Shown: in pieces, positions 19,630-28,914 of the stretch
How positions within the stretch are numbered: position 1 is the stretch's first letter
Layout of the letters: every line of letters begins with the position of its first letter
Assembly: GCA_019412825.1 (NCBI GenBank)
Contig: DXOL01000057.1
Location: 9,100-73,099 of the forward strand
Source: Bacteroides thetaiotaomicron
GTDB lineage: Bacteria; Bacteroidota; Bacteroidia; Bacteroidales; Bacteroidaceae
Direction of reading: 5' to 3'
DNA length: 64,000 nucleotides
Program-made: the position numbers and the translations under genes
The notes under the pieces: model-generated
Told to the model about the DNA's origin: nothing
What the model saw: the letters and a program-made list of their open reading frames with translations, nothing else
Database searches by the model: none

Positions 19630-20133
19630 ATGAAAAGTTTAAGCTTCAGAAAAGATTTAGTAGGAGTACAAGATGAGCTGCTCCGCTTCGCTTACAAACT
19701 GACAACCGACCGCGAAGAAGCAAACGATTTGTTGCAGGAGACATCACTCAAAGCATTAGACAATGAGGATAAATATATGCCCGACACAAATTTCAAAGGA
19801 TGGATGTATACCATCATGCGTAATATCTTCATCAATAACTATCGTAAAGTAGTTCGCGACCAGACATTCATCGATCAGACCGATAATCTTTATCATCTGA
19901 ACCTGCCGCAAGATGCCGGCTTTGAAAGTACGGAAAGAACGTACGACCTGAAAGAAATGCACCGGGTAGTCAACGCGCTCCCGAAAGAATATAGAGTTCC
20001 GTTCGCTATGCACGTTTCCGGCTTCAAATACCGCGAAATCGCAGAAAAGCTGAACCTCCCGCTGGGCACCGTGAAGAGCCGTATCTTCTTCACCCGCCAG
20101 AAATTGCAGGAAGAACTGAAAGACTTTCGCTAA
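19630..20133 (+). CDS. RNA polymerase sigma-70 family (ECF-type) sigma factor.
   Basis: 167 aa. Region 2 is DLLQETSLKAL...FKGWMYTIMRNIFINNYRK. Region 4 HTH is YREIAEKLNLPLGTVKSRIFFTRQKL. No adjacent anti-sigma gene was seen. Confidence 0.9.
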   Translation: MKSLSFRKDLVGVQDELLRFAYKLTTDREEANDLLQETSLKALDNEDKYMPDTNFKGWMYTIMRNIFINNYRKVVRDQTFIDQTDNLYHLNLPQDAGFESTERTYDLKEMHRVVNALPKEYRVPFAMHVSGFKYREIAEKLNLPLGTVKSRIFFTRQKLQEELKDFR

Positions 20134-20203
20134 ACCTTTAACTATATTATTTATCAATTCCAAATTAGATATTTTTAGTGCAGATTTTTAATTGTGTTAG
20201 TTT

Positions 20204-20240
20204 AAGGCAGAAGAGTTACCATACCTTCTGCCTTTTTTTA
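20204..20240 (+). terminator. Rho-independent terminator of the sigma factor gene.
   Basis: AAGGCAGAAG (20204..20213) pairs with CTTCTGCCTT (20225..20234), followed by a T run. Confidence 0.7.
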
Positions 20241-20255
20241 CTAATCCATTCTGTA

Positions 20256-20347
20256 TGACACCCGGATGTCGAGCATACTGACACCCGGGTGTTGTACGTC
20301 CTGACACCCGGGTGTCATACATACCGAGACCCGGGTGTCGTGCAAAC
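20256..20347. repeat. Four tandem 23-bp repeats, each carrying a GACACCCGGGTGTC-type palindrome.
   Basis: Units start at 20256, 20279, 20302 and 20325. They read TGACACCCGGATGTCGAGCATAC, TGACACCCGGGTGTTGTACGTCC, TGACACCCGGGTGTCATACATAC and CGAGACCCGGGTGTCGTGCAAAC. Confidence 0.9.
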
Positions 20348-20530
20348 CTCCCTCGCAAAGAGAAAAAGCCTCCTTTGCAATAAAAAAAAGATTCTTCCTC
20401 AATACAAACAAAAAAGCACCGCATCTTTCCGTTTTCGCCCACTAATAAAGCATTTCCCAAACCGCATCTTTTTCAAGTAAATAAGCATTTAACAATCGGT
20501 TGAAAACTTATCTAAAAGATTTTTATGGAA

Positions 20531-20550
20531 AATTGTGGGGAATTGTGGGG
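20531..20550 (+). promoter_or_regulatory. Candidate MraZ operator: direct repeats AATTGTGGGG x2.
   Basis: Two perfect 10-bp direct repeats lie about 40 bp upstream of the mraZ ATG. A near-consensus -7 box, TACTTTTA, sits just downstream at 20558..20565. Confidence 0.5.
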
Positions 20551-20589
20551 AATTTCCTACTTTTACGGTCTCTTATTATAATAAGGTAA

Positions 20590-21060
20590 ATGATACGTTT
20601 TTTAGGCAATATTGAAGTCAGGGCGGACGCTAAAGGAAGAGTGTTCATCCCCGCCACTTTTAGGAAGCAACTGCAAGCCGCTTCCGAAGAGAGACTCATT
20701 ATGCGTAAAGACGTATTTCAGGACTGCCTGACACTGTACCCCGAGAGCGTGTGGAACGAGGAGCTGAATGAGCTCCGGAGCAGGCTGAATAAATGGAATA
20801 GCAAGCACCAACTCATTTTCAGACAGTTTGTGAGTGACGTCGAAGTAGTTACGCCCGACAGCAACGGACGCATACTGATTCCGAAGCGTTACTTACAGAT
20901 TTGTAATATCCGTGGAGATATACGGTTTATCGGTATCGACAACAAGATAGAGATATGGGCCAAAGAACGGGCAGAACAACCGTTCATGTCCCCCGAAGAG
21001 TTCGGTGCAGCATTAGAAGAGATTATGAACGATGAAAATAGACAAGATGGAGAAAGATGA
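20590..21060 (+). CDS. mraZ: Transcriptional regulator MraZ.
   Basis: 156 aa with the duplicated MraZ motif (DAKGRVFIPATFR and DSNGRILIPKRYL). It is the first gene of the dcw cluster. Confidence 0.93.
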   Translation: MIRFLGNIEVRADAKGRVFIPATFRKQLQAASEERLIMRKDVFQDCLTLYPESVWNEELNELRSRLNKWNSKHQLIFRQFVSDVEVVTPDSNGRILIPKRYLQICNIRGDIRFIGIDNKIEIWAKERAEQPFMSPEEFGAALEEIMNDENRQDGER

Positions 21061-21961
21061 GTTGACATACCACGTACCCGTACTGCTAAAGGAAAGCGTC
21101 GACGGAATGAATATTCGTCCGGACGGAACGTATGTAGACGTTACCTTCGGAGGAGCAGGGCATTCGCGCGAGATTCTTTCACGCCTTGGAGAAGGCGGGC
21201 GCCTGCTGGGATTCGATCAGGACGAGGATGCCGAACGGAATATCGTCAATGATCCCCACTTCACCTTTGTACGCAGCAACTTCCGCTATTTGCAGAATTT
21301 CCTGCGGTATCATGATATCGAACAGGTGGACGCAATCCTCGCCGACCTCGGCGTATCCTCCCACCATTTCGACGACAGCGAGCGTGGCTTCTCATTCCGT
21401 TTTGACGGAGCGCTGGATATGCGTATGAACAAACGTGCAGGACTCACCGCAGCCGACATCATCAACACATACGAAGAAGAACGGCTCGCGAACATTTTCT
21501 ATCTGTACGGTGAATTGAAAAACAGCCGCAAACTGGCATCCGTCATCGTGAAAGCCAGAAACGGACAGTCTATCCGGACTATCGGCGAGTTTCTGGAAAT
21601 CATCAAGCCGCTTTTCGGACGCGAACGGGAGAAAAAAGAACTGGCGAAAGTATTTCAGGCACTCCGTATCGAAGTGAATCAGGAAATGGAAGCGCTGAAA
21701 GAAATGCTGGCAGCAGCCACCGAAGCGCTCAAACCGGGGGGACGCCTTGTAGTGATCACGTATCACTCACTGGAAGACCGCATGGTGAAGAATATAATGA
21801 AAACAGGAAACGTAGAAGGGAAAGCGGAAACCGACTTCTTTGGAAATCTGCAAACTCCGTTCCGGTTGGTCAACAATAAAGTGATTGTCCCCGACGAAGC
21901 GGAGATAGAAAGAAATCCACGGTCGAGAAGTGCTAAATTACGAATTGCAGAGAAGAAATAA
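21032..21961 (+). CDS. rsmH: 16S rRNA (cytosine1402-N4)-methyltransferase.
   Basis: Motifs: HVPVLL, DVTFGGAGHS, DLGVSSHHFD, ITYHSLEDR. An alternative start is at 21047 (MEKDEL). Confidence 0.93.
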   Translation: MKIDKMEKDELTYHVPVLLKESVDGMNIRPDGTYVDVTFGGAGHSREILSRLGEGGRLLGFDQDEDAERNIVNDPHFTFVRSNFRYLQNFLRYHDIEQVDAILADLGVSSHHFDDSERGFSFRFDGALDMRMNKRAGLTAADIINTYEEERLANIFYLYGELKNSRKLASVIVKARNGQSIRTIGEFLEIIKPLFGREREKKELAKVFQALRIEVNQEMEALKEMLAAATEALKPGGRLVVITYHSLEDRMVKNIMKTGNVEGKAETDFFGNLQTPFRLVNNKVIVPDEAEIERNPRSRSAKLRIAEKK

Positions 21962-21969
21962 TCTCAGAT

Positions 21970-22326
21970 ATGGAAGAAGAAGCAGTAAACAAAAAAGCAG
22001 AAGAGGGCAAAAAGAAAAAACGCACCTCATTGAAAAGTATTCTGGGAGGAGATATCCTCGCCACAGACTTTTTCCGCCGGCAGACGAAGCTGTTGGTACT
22101 GATTATGGTATTCGTCATCTTCTATATCCATAACCGCTATGCGAGCCAGCAACAACAGATCGAGATCGACCGGTTGAAAAAAGAATTAATCGACATTAAA
22201 TACGATGCGTTGACCCGTAGTTCGGAGTTGATGGAGAAAAGCCGTCAGTCACGCATCGAAGAGTATATATCAAACAAGGAAAGTGATTTGCAGACCTCCA
22301 CCAACCCGCCTTACCTTATTAAATAA
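21970..22326 (+). CDS. ftsL: FtsL-like cell division protein.
   Basis: 118 aa: basic N-terminus, one TM segment (LLVLIMVFVIFYI), then a coiled coil. It occupies the canonical position between rsmH and ftsI. Confidence 0.7.
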   Translation: MEEEAVNKKAEEGKKKKRTSLKSILGGDILATDFFRRQTKLLVLIMVFVIFYIHNRYASQQQQIEIDRLKKELIDIKYDALTRSSELMEKSRQSRIEEYISNKESDLQTSTNPPYLIK

Positions 22327-22362
22327 GGTGTAAGTGGAGAGTCTTAAAAGAGAATAAGCACT

Positions 22363-24513
22363 GTGGCAGTAAATAAGAAAAATATAATGACCCGTTACTT
22401 CTTTGTCATTCTGATCATGGCATTGATAGGAGTAGCAATTGTCGTCAAGGCAGGCGTGACCATGTTTGCCGAACGGCAGTACTGGCAGGACGTAGCCGAT
22501 CGTTTCGTAAAAGAAAACGTGACAGTGAAGCCTAACCGCGGAAACATTATTTCTTCTGACGGTAAACTGATGGCAAGTTCACTGCCTGAATACAGAATCT
22601 ACATGGACTTTATGTCCGGTGAAAAGGACGAAAAAAGAAGAAAGAAGGATCAGGCACGCCGGGATTCCATCCTCAAAGCCAATATGGACTCGATTTGCAT
22701 CGGGCTGCATAAGATATTCCCCGACAGAAGTGCGACACAATTCAAGGCACACCTCCAAAAAGGACGTCAGGCCAAAAGCCGTAACTACCTGATCTACCCG
22801 AAGCGTATCTCCTATATACAATATAAAGAGGTGAAACGTCTGCCTGTTTTCTGTCTGAACCGCTATAAAGGGGGATTCAAGGAGCTGGCATATAATCAGC
22901 GTAAGAAGCCATTCGGCTCATTGGCAGCCCGTACCCTGGGAGATGTATATGCCGATACAGCCCAAGGAGCAAAGAACGGTATAGAACTCGCGTTCGATAC
23001 GATTCTCAAAGGGCGTGACGGGCTTACCCACCGCCAAAAGGTGATGAACAAATACCTGAACATTGTCGATGTCGCCCCGATCGACGGTTGCGACCTGATC
23101 ACCACCATCGACGTAGGTATGCAGGATATTTGCGAAAAAGCATTGGTAGACAAACTGAAAGAGTTGAACGCCACCGTAGGTGTAGTCGTATTGATGGAAG
23201 TAACCACCGGAGAGGTGAAAGCCATCGTCAATATGACACAAGGCAGAGACGGTGAATATTATGAAGTGCGCAACAATGCAATCAGCGATATGCTCGAACC
23301 GGGTTCTACCTTCAAGACAGCCTCTATCATGGTAGCTCTGGAAGACGGAAAAATCACTCCGGACTATATTGTAGACACCGGCAACGGACAAAAGCCGATG
23401 CATGGCCGTGTCATGAAAGACCACAACTGGCATCGAGGCGGATACGGCAAACTGACTGTTACCGAGATTTTGGGAGTATCGTCCAATGTCGGAACTTCCA
23501 GCATCATCGAGAACTTTTACGGAAGCAACCCGCAGAAGTTTGTAGACGGACTGAAACGGATGAGCATCGACCAGCCACTCCACCTGCAAATATCCGGAGA
23601 AGGAAAACCGAATATTCGTGGTCCGAAAGAACGTTATTTCTCAAAAACGACTTTGCCGTGGATGAGTATCGGCTATGAAACGCAGGTTCCACCGATCAAT
23701 ATTCTGACATTCTATAATGCAATAGCCAACAACGGAGTATCCATACGTCCGAAATTTGTAAGAGCGGCCGTCAGAGACGGAGAAGTGGTGAAGGAATATC
23801 CGACAGAGGTCATTAATCCAAAGATTTGTTCGGACAAGACTCTGGCACAAATACGGGAAATCCTGCGGAAAGTGGTAGGTGAAGGGCTTGCCAAGCCGGC
23901 GGGAAGCAAACAGTTCCATGTGTCCGGTAAGACCGGAACAGCACAGGTTTCGCAGGGAGCAGCCGGCTATAAAACAGGAAGAACCAATTATCTCGTCAGC
24001 TTCTGCGGATACTTCCCATCGGAAGAGCCGAAGTACAGTATGATTGTTTCGATCCAGAAACCCGGCTTGCCGGCTTCAGGAGGTTTGATGGCAGGTAGTG
24101 TATTCAGCAAGATTGCAGAAAGAGTGTATGCCAAAGACCTGCGCTTGCCACTCACAAGTGCCATTGATACCAATACGGTAGTCATCCCGAACGTCAAGGC
24201 AGGAGAAATGAGGGAAACGCAACGGGTACTGGAAGAACTGAATATAAAGATACAGGGAAAAATCGCCGATTCGAGAAAAGAAGTATGGGGAAGCACCCAT
24301 CCCGCCCCTCAGGCGGTAGTTCTTGAAAGCCGGGGTATCATGCAGAACTTCGTGCCAAGCGTCGTAGGCATGGGAGCGAAAGATGCTGTTTATCTATTGG
24401 AAAGCAAAGGATTGAAAGTCAATCTGGTGGGAGTCGGGAAAGTAAAAAGCCAGTCGATAGCCAACGGCAGTGTTGTGAAGAAAGGGCAGACGATTACGCT
24501 AACGATGCATTAA
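22363..24513 (+). CDS. ftsI: Penicillin-binding protein 3-type transpeptidase with a C-terminal PASTA-like domain.
   Basis: Transpeptidase motifs STFK (PGSTFKTAS), SSN (VSSNVG) and KTG (SGKTGTA). The C-terminal segment [23 protein letters not shown]...GQTITLTM looks like a PASTA domain. Start is GTG at 22363 or ATG at 22387. Confidence 0.92.
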   Translation: MAVNKKNIMTRYFFVILIMALIGVAIVVKAGVTMFAERQYWQDVADRFVKENVTVKPNRGNIISSDGKLMASSLPEYRIYMDFMSGEKDEKRRKKDQARRDSILKANMDSICIGLHKIFPDRSATQFKAHLQKGRQAKSRNYLIYPKRISYIQYKEVKRLPVFCLNRYKGGFKELAYNQRKKPFGSLAARTLGDVYADTAQGAKNGIELAFDTILKGRDGLTHRQKVMNKYLNIVDVAPIDGCDLITTIDVGMQDICEKALVDKLKELNATVGVVVLMEVTTGEVKAIVNMTQGRDGEYYEVRNNAISDMLEPGSTFKTASIMVALEDGKITPDYIVDTGNGQKPMHGRVMKDHNWHRGGYGKLTVTEILGVSSNVGTSSIIENFYGSNPQKFVDGLKRMSIDQPLHLQISGEGKPNIRGPKERYFSKTTLPWMSIGYETQVPPINILTFYNAIANNGVSIRPKFVRAAVRDGEVVKEYPTEVINPKICSDKTLAQIREILRKVVGEGLAKPAGSKQFHVSGKTGTAQVSQGAAGYKTGRTNYLVSFCGYFPSEEPKYSMIVSIQKPGLPASGGLMAGSVFSKIAERVYAKDLRLPLTSAIDTNTVVIPNVKAGEMRETQRVLEELNIKIQGKIADSRKEVWGSTHPAPQAVVLESRGIMQNFVPSVVGMGAKDAVYLLESKGLKVNLVGVGKVKSQSIANGSVVKKGQTITLTMH

Positions 24514-24536
24514 GAATTAAATTAAGTAGAACAGAT

Positions 24537-25985
24537 ATGTTATTAAACGAGTTACTGAAAGCAATCCAGCCGGTGCAAGTGACCGGAGATTCAAAGATAG
24601 AGATCACCGGAGTCAACATTGACTCCCGTCTGGTGGAAGCCGGACAGCTGTTTATGGCGATGCGCGGCACGCAGACCGATGGTCATGCCTATATCCCTGC
24701 CGCCATTCAGAAGGGAGCGACTGCCATCCTCTGCGAAGATATACCGGAGGAACCCGTAGCAGGAATCACTTATATTCAAGTGAAAGACAGCGAAGATGCA
24801 GTGGGAAAGATTGCTACGACATTCTACGGTAATCCGACTTCACAATTCGAACTGGTCGGTGTAACGGGGACAAATGGCAAGACAACCATCGCCACCTTAT
24901 TATATAATACATTCCGCTACTTCGGATATAAAGTGGGATTAATCTCTACTGTCTGCAACTATATCGACGATCAGCCGATTCCGACAGAACATACCACTCC
25001 CGACCCTATCACGCTCAACCGCTTGTTGGGGCAAATGGCAGACGAAGGATGCAAGTACGTCTTTATGGAAGTCAGTTCACATTCCATCGCTCAAAAGCGT
25101 ATCAGCGGATTAAAGTTTGCGGGAGGTATCTTCACGAACCTGACGCGCGATCATCTGGATTATCACAAAACAGTAGAGAACTATCTGAAGGCAAAGAAAA
25201 AGTTCTTTGACGATATGCCTAAAAACGCTTTCAGCCTCACCAACCTTGACGATAAGAACGGGCTGGTGATGACACAGAATACACGTTCCAAGGTCTACAC
25301 CTATTCATTAAGAAGCCTCAGCGACTTCAAAGGACGGGTTATAGAATCCCATTTTGAAGGAATGCTGCTCGATTTCAATAATCATGAGCTGGCCGTTCAG
25401 TTTATCGGCAAGTTCAATGCATCCAATCTGTTGGCGGTATTTGGAGCAGCCGTACTATTGGGTAAAAAAGAGGAAGATGTACTTCTTGCGCTTAGTACGC
25501 TTCACCCGGTAGCCGGACGTTTCGATGCCATCCGTTCTCCGAAAGGGGTAACGGCCATCGTTGACTATGCGCATACTCCGGACGCGCTGGTGAATGTATT
25601 GAACGCCATTCATGGAGTACTCGAAGGCAAAGGAAAAGTAATCACCGTAGTAGGTGCCGGCGGCAACCGCGATAAGGGGAAACGCCCCATCATGGCAAAG
25701 GAGGCAGCGAAAGCCAGTGACCGGGTGATTATCACATCGGACAATCCGCGTTTTGAAGAGCCACAGGAGATCATCAACGATATGCTTGCCGGACTGGATG
25801 CGGAAGATATGAGAAAAACGCTCAGCATCGCCGACCGGAAAGAAGCGATCCGCACGGCTTGTATGCTTGCAGAAAAAGGAGATGTGATACTCGTTGCCGG
25901 AAAAGGACACGAGAACTATCAGGAAATCAAAGGGGTGAAACACCACTTTGACGACAAGGAAGTTTTGAAGGAAATATTTAATTGA
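24537..25985 (+). CDS. murE: UDP-N-acetylmuramoyl-L-alanyl-D-glutamate--2,6-diaminopimelate ligase.
   Basis: [11 protein letters not shown]-loop, TSDNPR motif and dcw position. Confidence 0.93.
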   Translation: MLLNELLKAIQPVQVTGDSKIEITGVNIDSRLVEAGQLFMAMRGTQTDGHAYIPAAIQKGATAILCEDIPEEPVAGITYIQVKDSEDAVGKIATTFYGNPTSQFELVGVTGTNGKTTIATLLYNTFRYFGYKVGLISTVCNYIDDQPIPTEHTTPDPITLNRLLGQMADEGCKYVFMEVSSHSIAQKRISGLKFAGGIFTNLTRDHLDYHKTVENYLKAKKKFFDDMPKNAFSLTNLDDKNGLVMTQNTRSKVYTYSLRSLSDFKGRVIESHFEGMLLDFNNHELAVQFIGKFNASNLLAVFGAAVLLGKKEEDVLLALSTLHPVAGRFDAIRSPKGVTAIVDYAHTPDALVNVLNAIHGVLEGKGKVITVVGAGGNRDKGKRPIMAKEAAKASDRVIITSDNPRFEEPQEIINDMLAGLDAEDMRKTLSIADRKEAIRTACMLAEKGDVILVAGKGHENYQEIKGVKHHFDDKEVLKEIFN

Positions 25986-26082
25986 CAACATATGATTATT
26001 TGCAATAGACAGCACCTTATCAAGCGTGGGGCATTAATGAGAAACTGTAAATTGCAGGCAATAAATTGTAAATAGAAAAGAG

Positions 26083-27351
26083 ATGTTATACTATCTGTTT
26101 GAATGGCTGCACAAGCTTAATTTTCCCGGAGCGGGAATGTTCGGTTATACCTCATTCCGTGCTTTGATGGCTGTTATCCTCGCATTGCTTATATCAAGTA
26201 TATGGGGAGACAAATTCATCAATCTGCTAAAAAAGAAGCAAATCACGGAAACACAGCGTGACGCCAAGACCGACCCGTTCGGTGTCAACAAAGTAGGCGT
26301 GCCAAGCATGGGAGGTGTCATCATCATTGTAGCCATCCTCATACCTTGCCTGCTATTGGGTAAACTGGAAAATATATACATGATATTGATGCTGATCACC
26401 ACCGTATGGCTGGGATCACTCGGTTTTGCCGACGACTATATCAAAATATTCAAGAAAGACAAGGAAGGCTTGCACGGTAAGTTCAAAATCATCGGTCAGG
26501 TGGGTCTGGGGCTGATTGTAGGCTTGACCCTGTATCTGAGTCCGGATGTAGTTATCCGCGAAAATATCGAGGTTCACACACCGGGACAGGAAATGGAAGT
26601 GATTCACGGAACCAATGATTTAAAATCTACCCAAACCACTATTCCTTTCTTCAAAAGTAACAACTTAGATTATGCCGACCTGGTTGGCTTTATGGGCGAA
26701 CATGCACAGACAGCCGGATGGTTCCTGTTCGTGATCATTACGATTTTCGTTGTAACCGCCGTATCGAACGGAGCCAACCTGAATGACGGCATGGACGGCA
26801 TGGCAGCCGGGAACTCCGCCATTATCGGAGCCACGCTGGGAATACTGGCGTACGTATCGTCCCACATCGAATTTGCCAGTTACCTGAATATCATGTACAT
26901 TCCGGGATCGGAAGAACTGGTAATCTACATTTGCGCCTTTATCGGCGCACTGATCGGTTTCTTATGGTACAACGCCTATCCGGCACAAGTATTCATGGGA
27001 GACACAGGCAGCCTGACCATTGGTGGTATCATTGCCGTATTCGCCATTATCATCCACAAAGAATTGCTGATACCGATTCTCTGCGGTGTATTTCTGGTTG
27101 AGAATCTGTCAGTCATACTGCAACGCTTCTACTATAAGATAGGTAAGCGGAAAGGAGTGAAACAGCGGTTGTTCAAACGAACTCCGATACACGATCATTT
27201 CCGTACTTCGATGAGTCTGGTAGAACCGGGATGTACGGTGAAGTTCACGAAACCCGACCAGCTGTTTCACGAATCGAAGATTACCGTCCGTTTCTGGATT
27301 GTAACGATTGTACTGGCAGCGATAACGATTATTACATTAAAGATAAGATGA
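26083..27351 (+). CDS. mraY: Phospho-N-acetylmuramoyl-pentapeptide transferase.
   Basis: Polytopic membrane protein with motifs ADDYIK, NGANLNDGMDGMAAG and FMGDTGSL. Confidence 0.95.
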   Translation: MLYYLFEWLHKLNFPGAGMFGYTSFRALMAVILALLISSIWGDKFINLLKKKQITETQRDAKTDPFGVNKVGVPSMGGVIIIVAILIPCLLLGKLENIYMILMLITTVWLGSLGFADDYIKIFKKDKEGLHGKFKIIGQVGLGLIVGLTLYLSPDVVIRENIEVHTPGQEMEVIHGTNDLKSTQTTIPFFKSNNLDYADLVGFMGEHAQTAGWFLFVIITIFVVTAVSNGANLNDGMDGMAAGNSAIIGATLGILAYVSSHIEFASYLNIMYIPGSEELVIYICAFIGALIGFLWYNAYPAQVFMGDTGSLTIGGIIAVFAIIIHKELLIPILCGVFLVENLSVILQRFYYKIGKRKGVKQRLFKRTPIHDHFRTSMSLVEPGCTVKFTKPDQLFHESKITVRFWIVTIVLAAITIITLKIR

Positions 27352-27449
27352 AAATTTTTAGGCACGGATGACACGGATAACACGGTTTTAGTAAACCAAT
27401 AGCTGTGTAAGACCGTGAAATCCGTGTAATCCGTGCCTAATTAAAATTT
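27352..27449. repeat. Long imperfect hairpin element built from CACGGAT repeats, in the mraY-murD spacer.
   Basis: Left arm: TTAGGCACGGATGACACGGATAACACGGT (27358..27386). Right arm: ACCGTGAAATCCGTGTAATCCGTGCCTAA (27412..27440). The flanks are A/T-complementary. Each arm holds about three 9-bp CACGGATnA units. Confidence 0.85.
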
Positions 27450-27578
27450 ATTATATAAGAGAGTATTAACCCGATTATTAACTTTAAAAAGATGTGCGCA
27501 GCCGACGAGCGAAAAAGATAAGATGAAAAGGAAGAGAGAAGCGTCTGCCTGTCGGACAGCAATAGCACATTACTGTAA

Positions 27579-28913
27579 ATGAAAAGAATTGTAATTTTAG
27601 GAGCCGGTGAAAGCGGCGCTGGTGCAGCCGTACTCGCCAAAGTAAAAGGATTTGAAACATTTGTTTCGGATATGTCCGCTATCAAGGATAAGTATAAGGA
27701 ACTTCTGGACAGCCACCATATTGCCTGGGAGGAAGGACATCATACCGAAGAACTCATTCTGAATGCCGATGAGGTGATTAAAAGCCCCGGTATCCCGAAT
27801 GACGCCCCGTTGATCCTGAAACTGAAAGCCCAAGGTACACCGGTTATCTCCGAAATCGAGTTTGCCGGACGCTATACCGATGCAAAAATGATCTGTATCA
27901 CCGGTTCTAACGGAAAGACAACGACTACTTCCCTGATCTACCACATCTTTAAGAGTGCAGATCTGAATGTAGGACTGGCCGGAAATATCGGCAAGAGTCT
28001 GGCTTTGCAAGTAGCCGAAGAGCATCATGACTATTATATCATCGAACTCAGTTCTTTCCAACTGGACAATATGTATAACTTCCGTGCCAATATCGCCGTA
28101 CTGATGAATATCACTCCGGACCATCTGGACCGATACGACCATTGTATGCAGAACTACATCGATGCCAAATTCCGTATTACGCAGAACCAGACAACAGACG
28201 ACGCTTTCATCTTCTGGAACGATGACCCAATTATCAAACAGGAACTGGCAAAGCACGGTCTGAAAGCTCATCTGTATCCTTTCGCAGCCGTGAAGGAAGA
28301 CGGAGCCATCGCATACGTAGAAGACCACGAAGTGAAGATAACCGAGCCCATCGCCTTCAACATGGAACAGGAGGAACTGGCACTGACCGGACAGCACAAT
28401 CTTTACAACTCGCTGGCCGCCGGTATCTCGGCAAATCTGGCGGGCATCACTAAAGAGAATATCCGCAAGGCGCTCTCCGACTTCAAGGGAGTGGAACATC
28501 GCCTGGAGAAAGTGGCACGCGTACGTGGTATCGACTTCATCAATGACTCAAAAGCGACCAATGTCAACTCTTGCTGGTATGCCCTGCAAAGCATGACCAC
28601 CAAGACAGTACTGATACTGGGCGGCAAAGACAAAGGCAACGACTATACGGAAATAGAAGACCTGGTACGTGAGAAGTGCTCGGCACTGGTTTACCTGGGA
28701 CTGCACAACGAAAAGCTGCACGACTTTTTCGACCGCTTCGGACTGCCCGTAGCCGATGTGCAGACCGGAATGAAAGATGCAGTGGAAGCAGCTTACAAGC
28801 TGGCAAAGAAAGGAGAAACCGTATTGTTAAGCCCCTGCTGCGCCTCATTCGACCTCTTCAATAGTTACGAAGACCGCGGCGATCAGTTTAAGAAATATGT
28901 AAGAGAGTTATAA
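27579..28913 (+). CDS. murD: UDP-N-acetylmuramoylalanine--D-glutamate ligase.
   Basis: N-terminal GAGESGAGAA, ITGSNGKTTT P-loop and dcw position. Confidence 0.93.
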   Translation: MKRIVILGAGESGAGAAVLAKVKGFETFVSDMSAIKDKYKELLDSHHIAWEEGHHTEELILNADEVIKSPGIPNDAPLILKLKAQGTPVISEIEFAGRYTDAKMICITGSNGKTTTTSLIYHIFKSADLNVGLAGNIGKSLALQVAEEHHDYYIIELSSFQLDNMYNFRANIAVLMNITPDHLDRYDHCMQNYIDAKFRITQNQTTDDAFIFWNDDPIIKQELAKHGLKAHLYPFAAVKEDGAIAYVEDHEVKITEPIAFNMEQEELALTGQHNLYNSLAAGISANLAGITKENIRKALSDFKGVEHRLEKVARVRGIDFINDSKATNVNSCWYALQSMTTKTVLILGGKDKGNDYTEIEDLVREKCSALVYLGLHNEKLHDFFDRFGLPVADVQTGMKDAVEAAYKLAKKGETVLLSPCCASFDLFNSYEDRGDQFKKYVREL

Positions 28914-28914
28914 A

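Noticed and set aside
20256-20347. A possible miniature CRISPR array, because the repeats are regularly spaced.
   Set aside because: The period is only 23 bp, with about 9 variable bases between 14-bp palindromes. There are only four units, no spacer-sized inserts and no cas genes in the window. I treat it as a tandem palindromic repeat instead.
20197-20480. ORFs 20197..20460(-) and 20289..20480(+) in the sigma-mraZ spacer.
   Set aside because: They run through the terminator hairpin and the 23-bp tandem repeats, so their peptides simply echo the repeat (for example ...TPGC...TPGC...). No start context or family resemblance.
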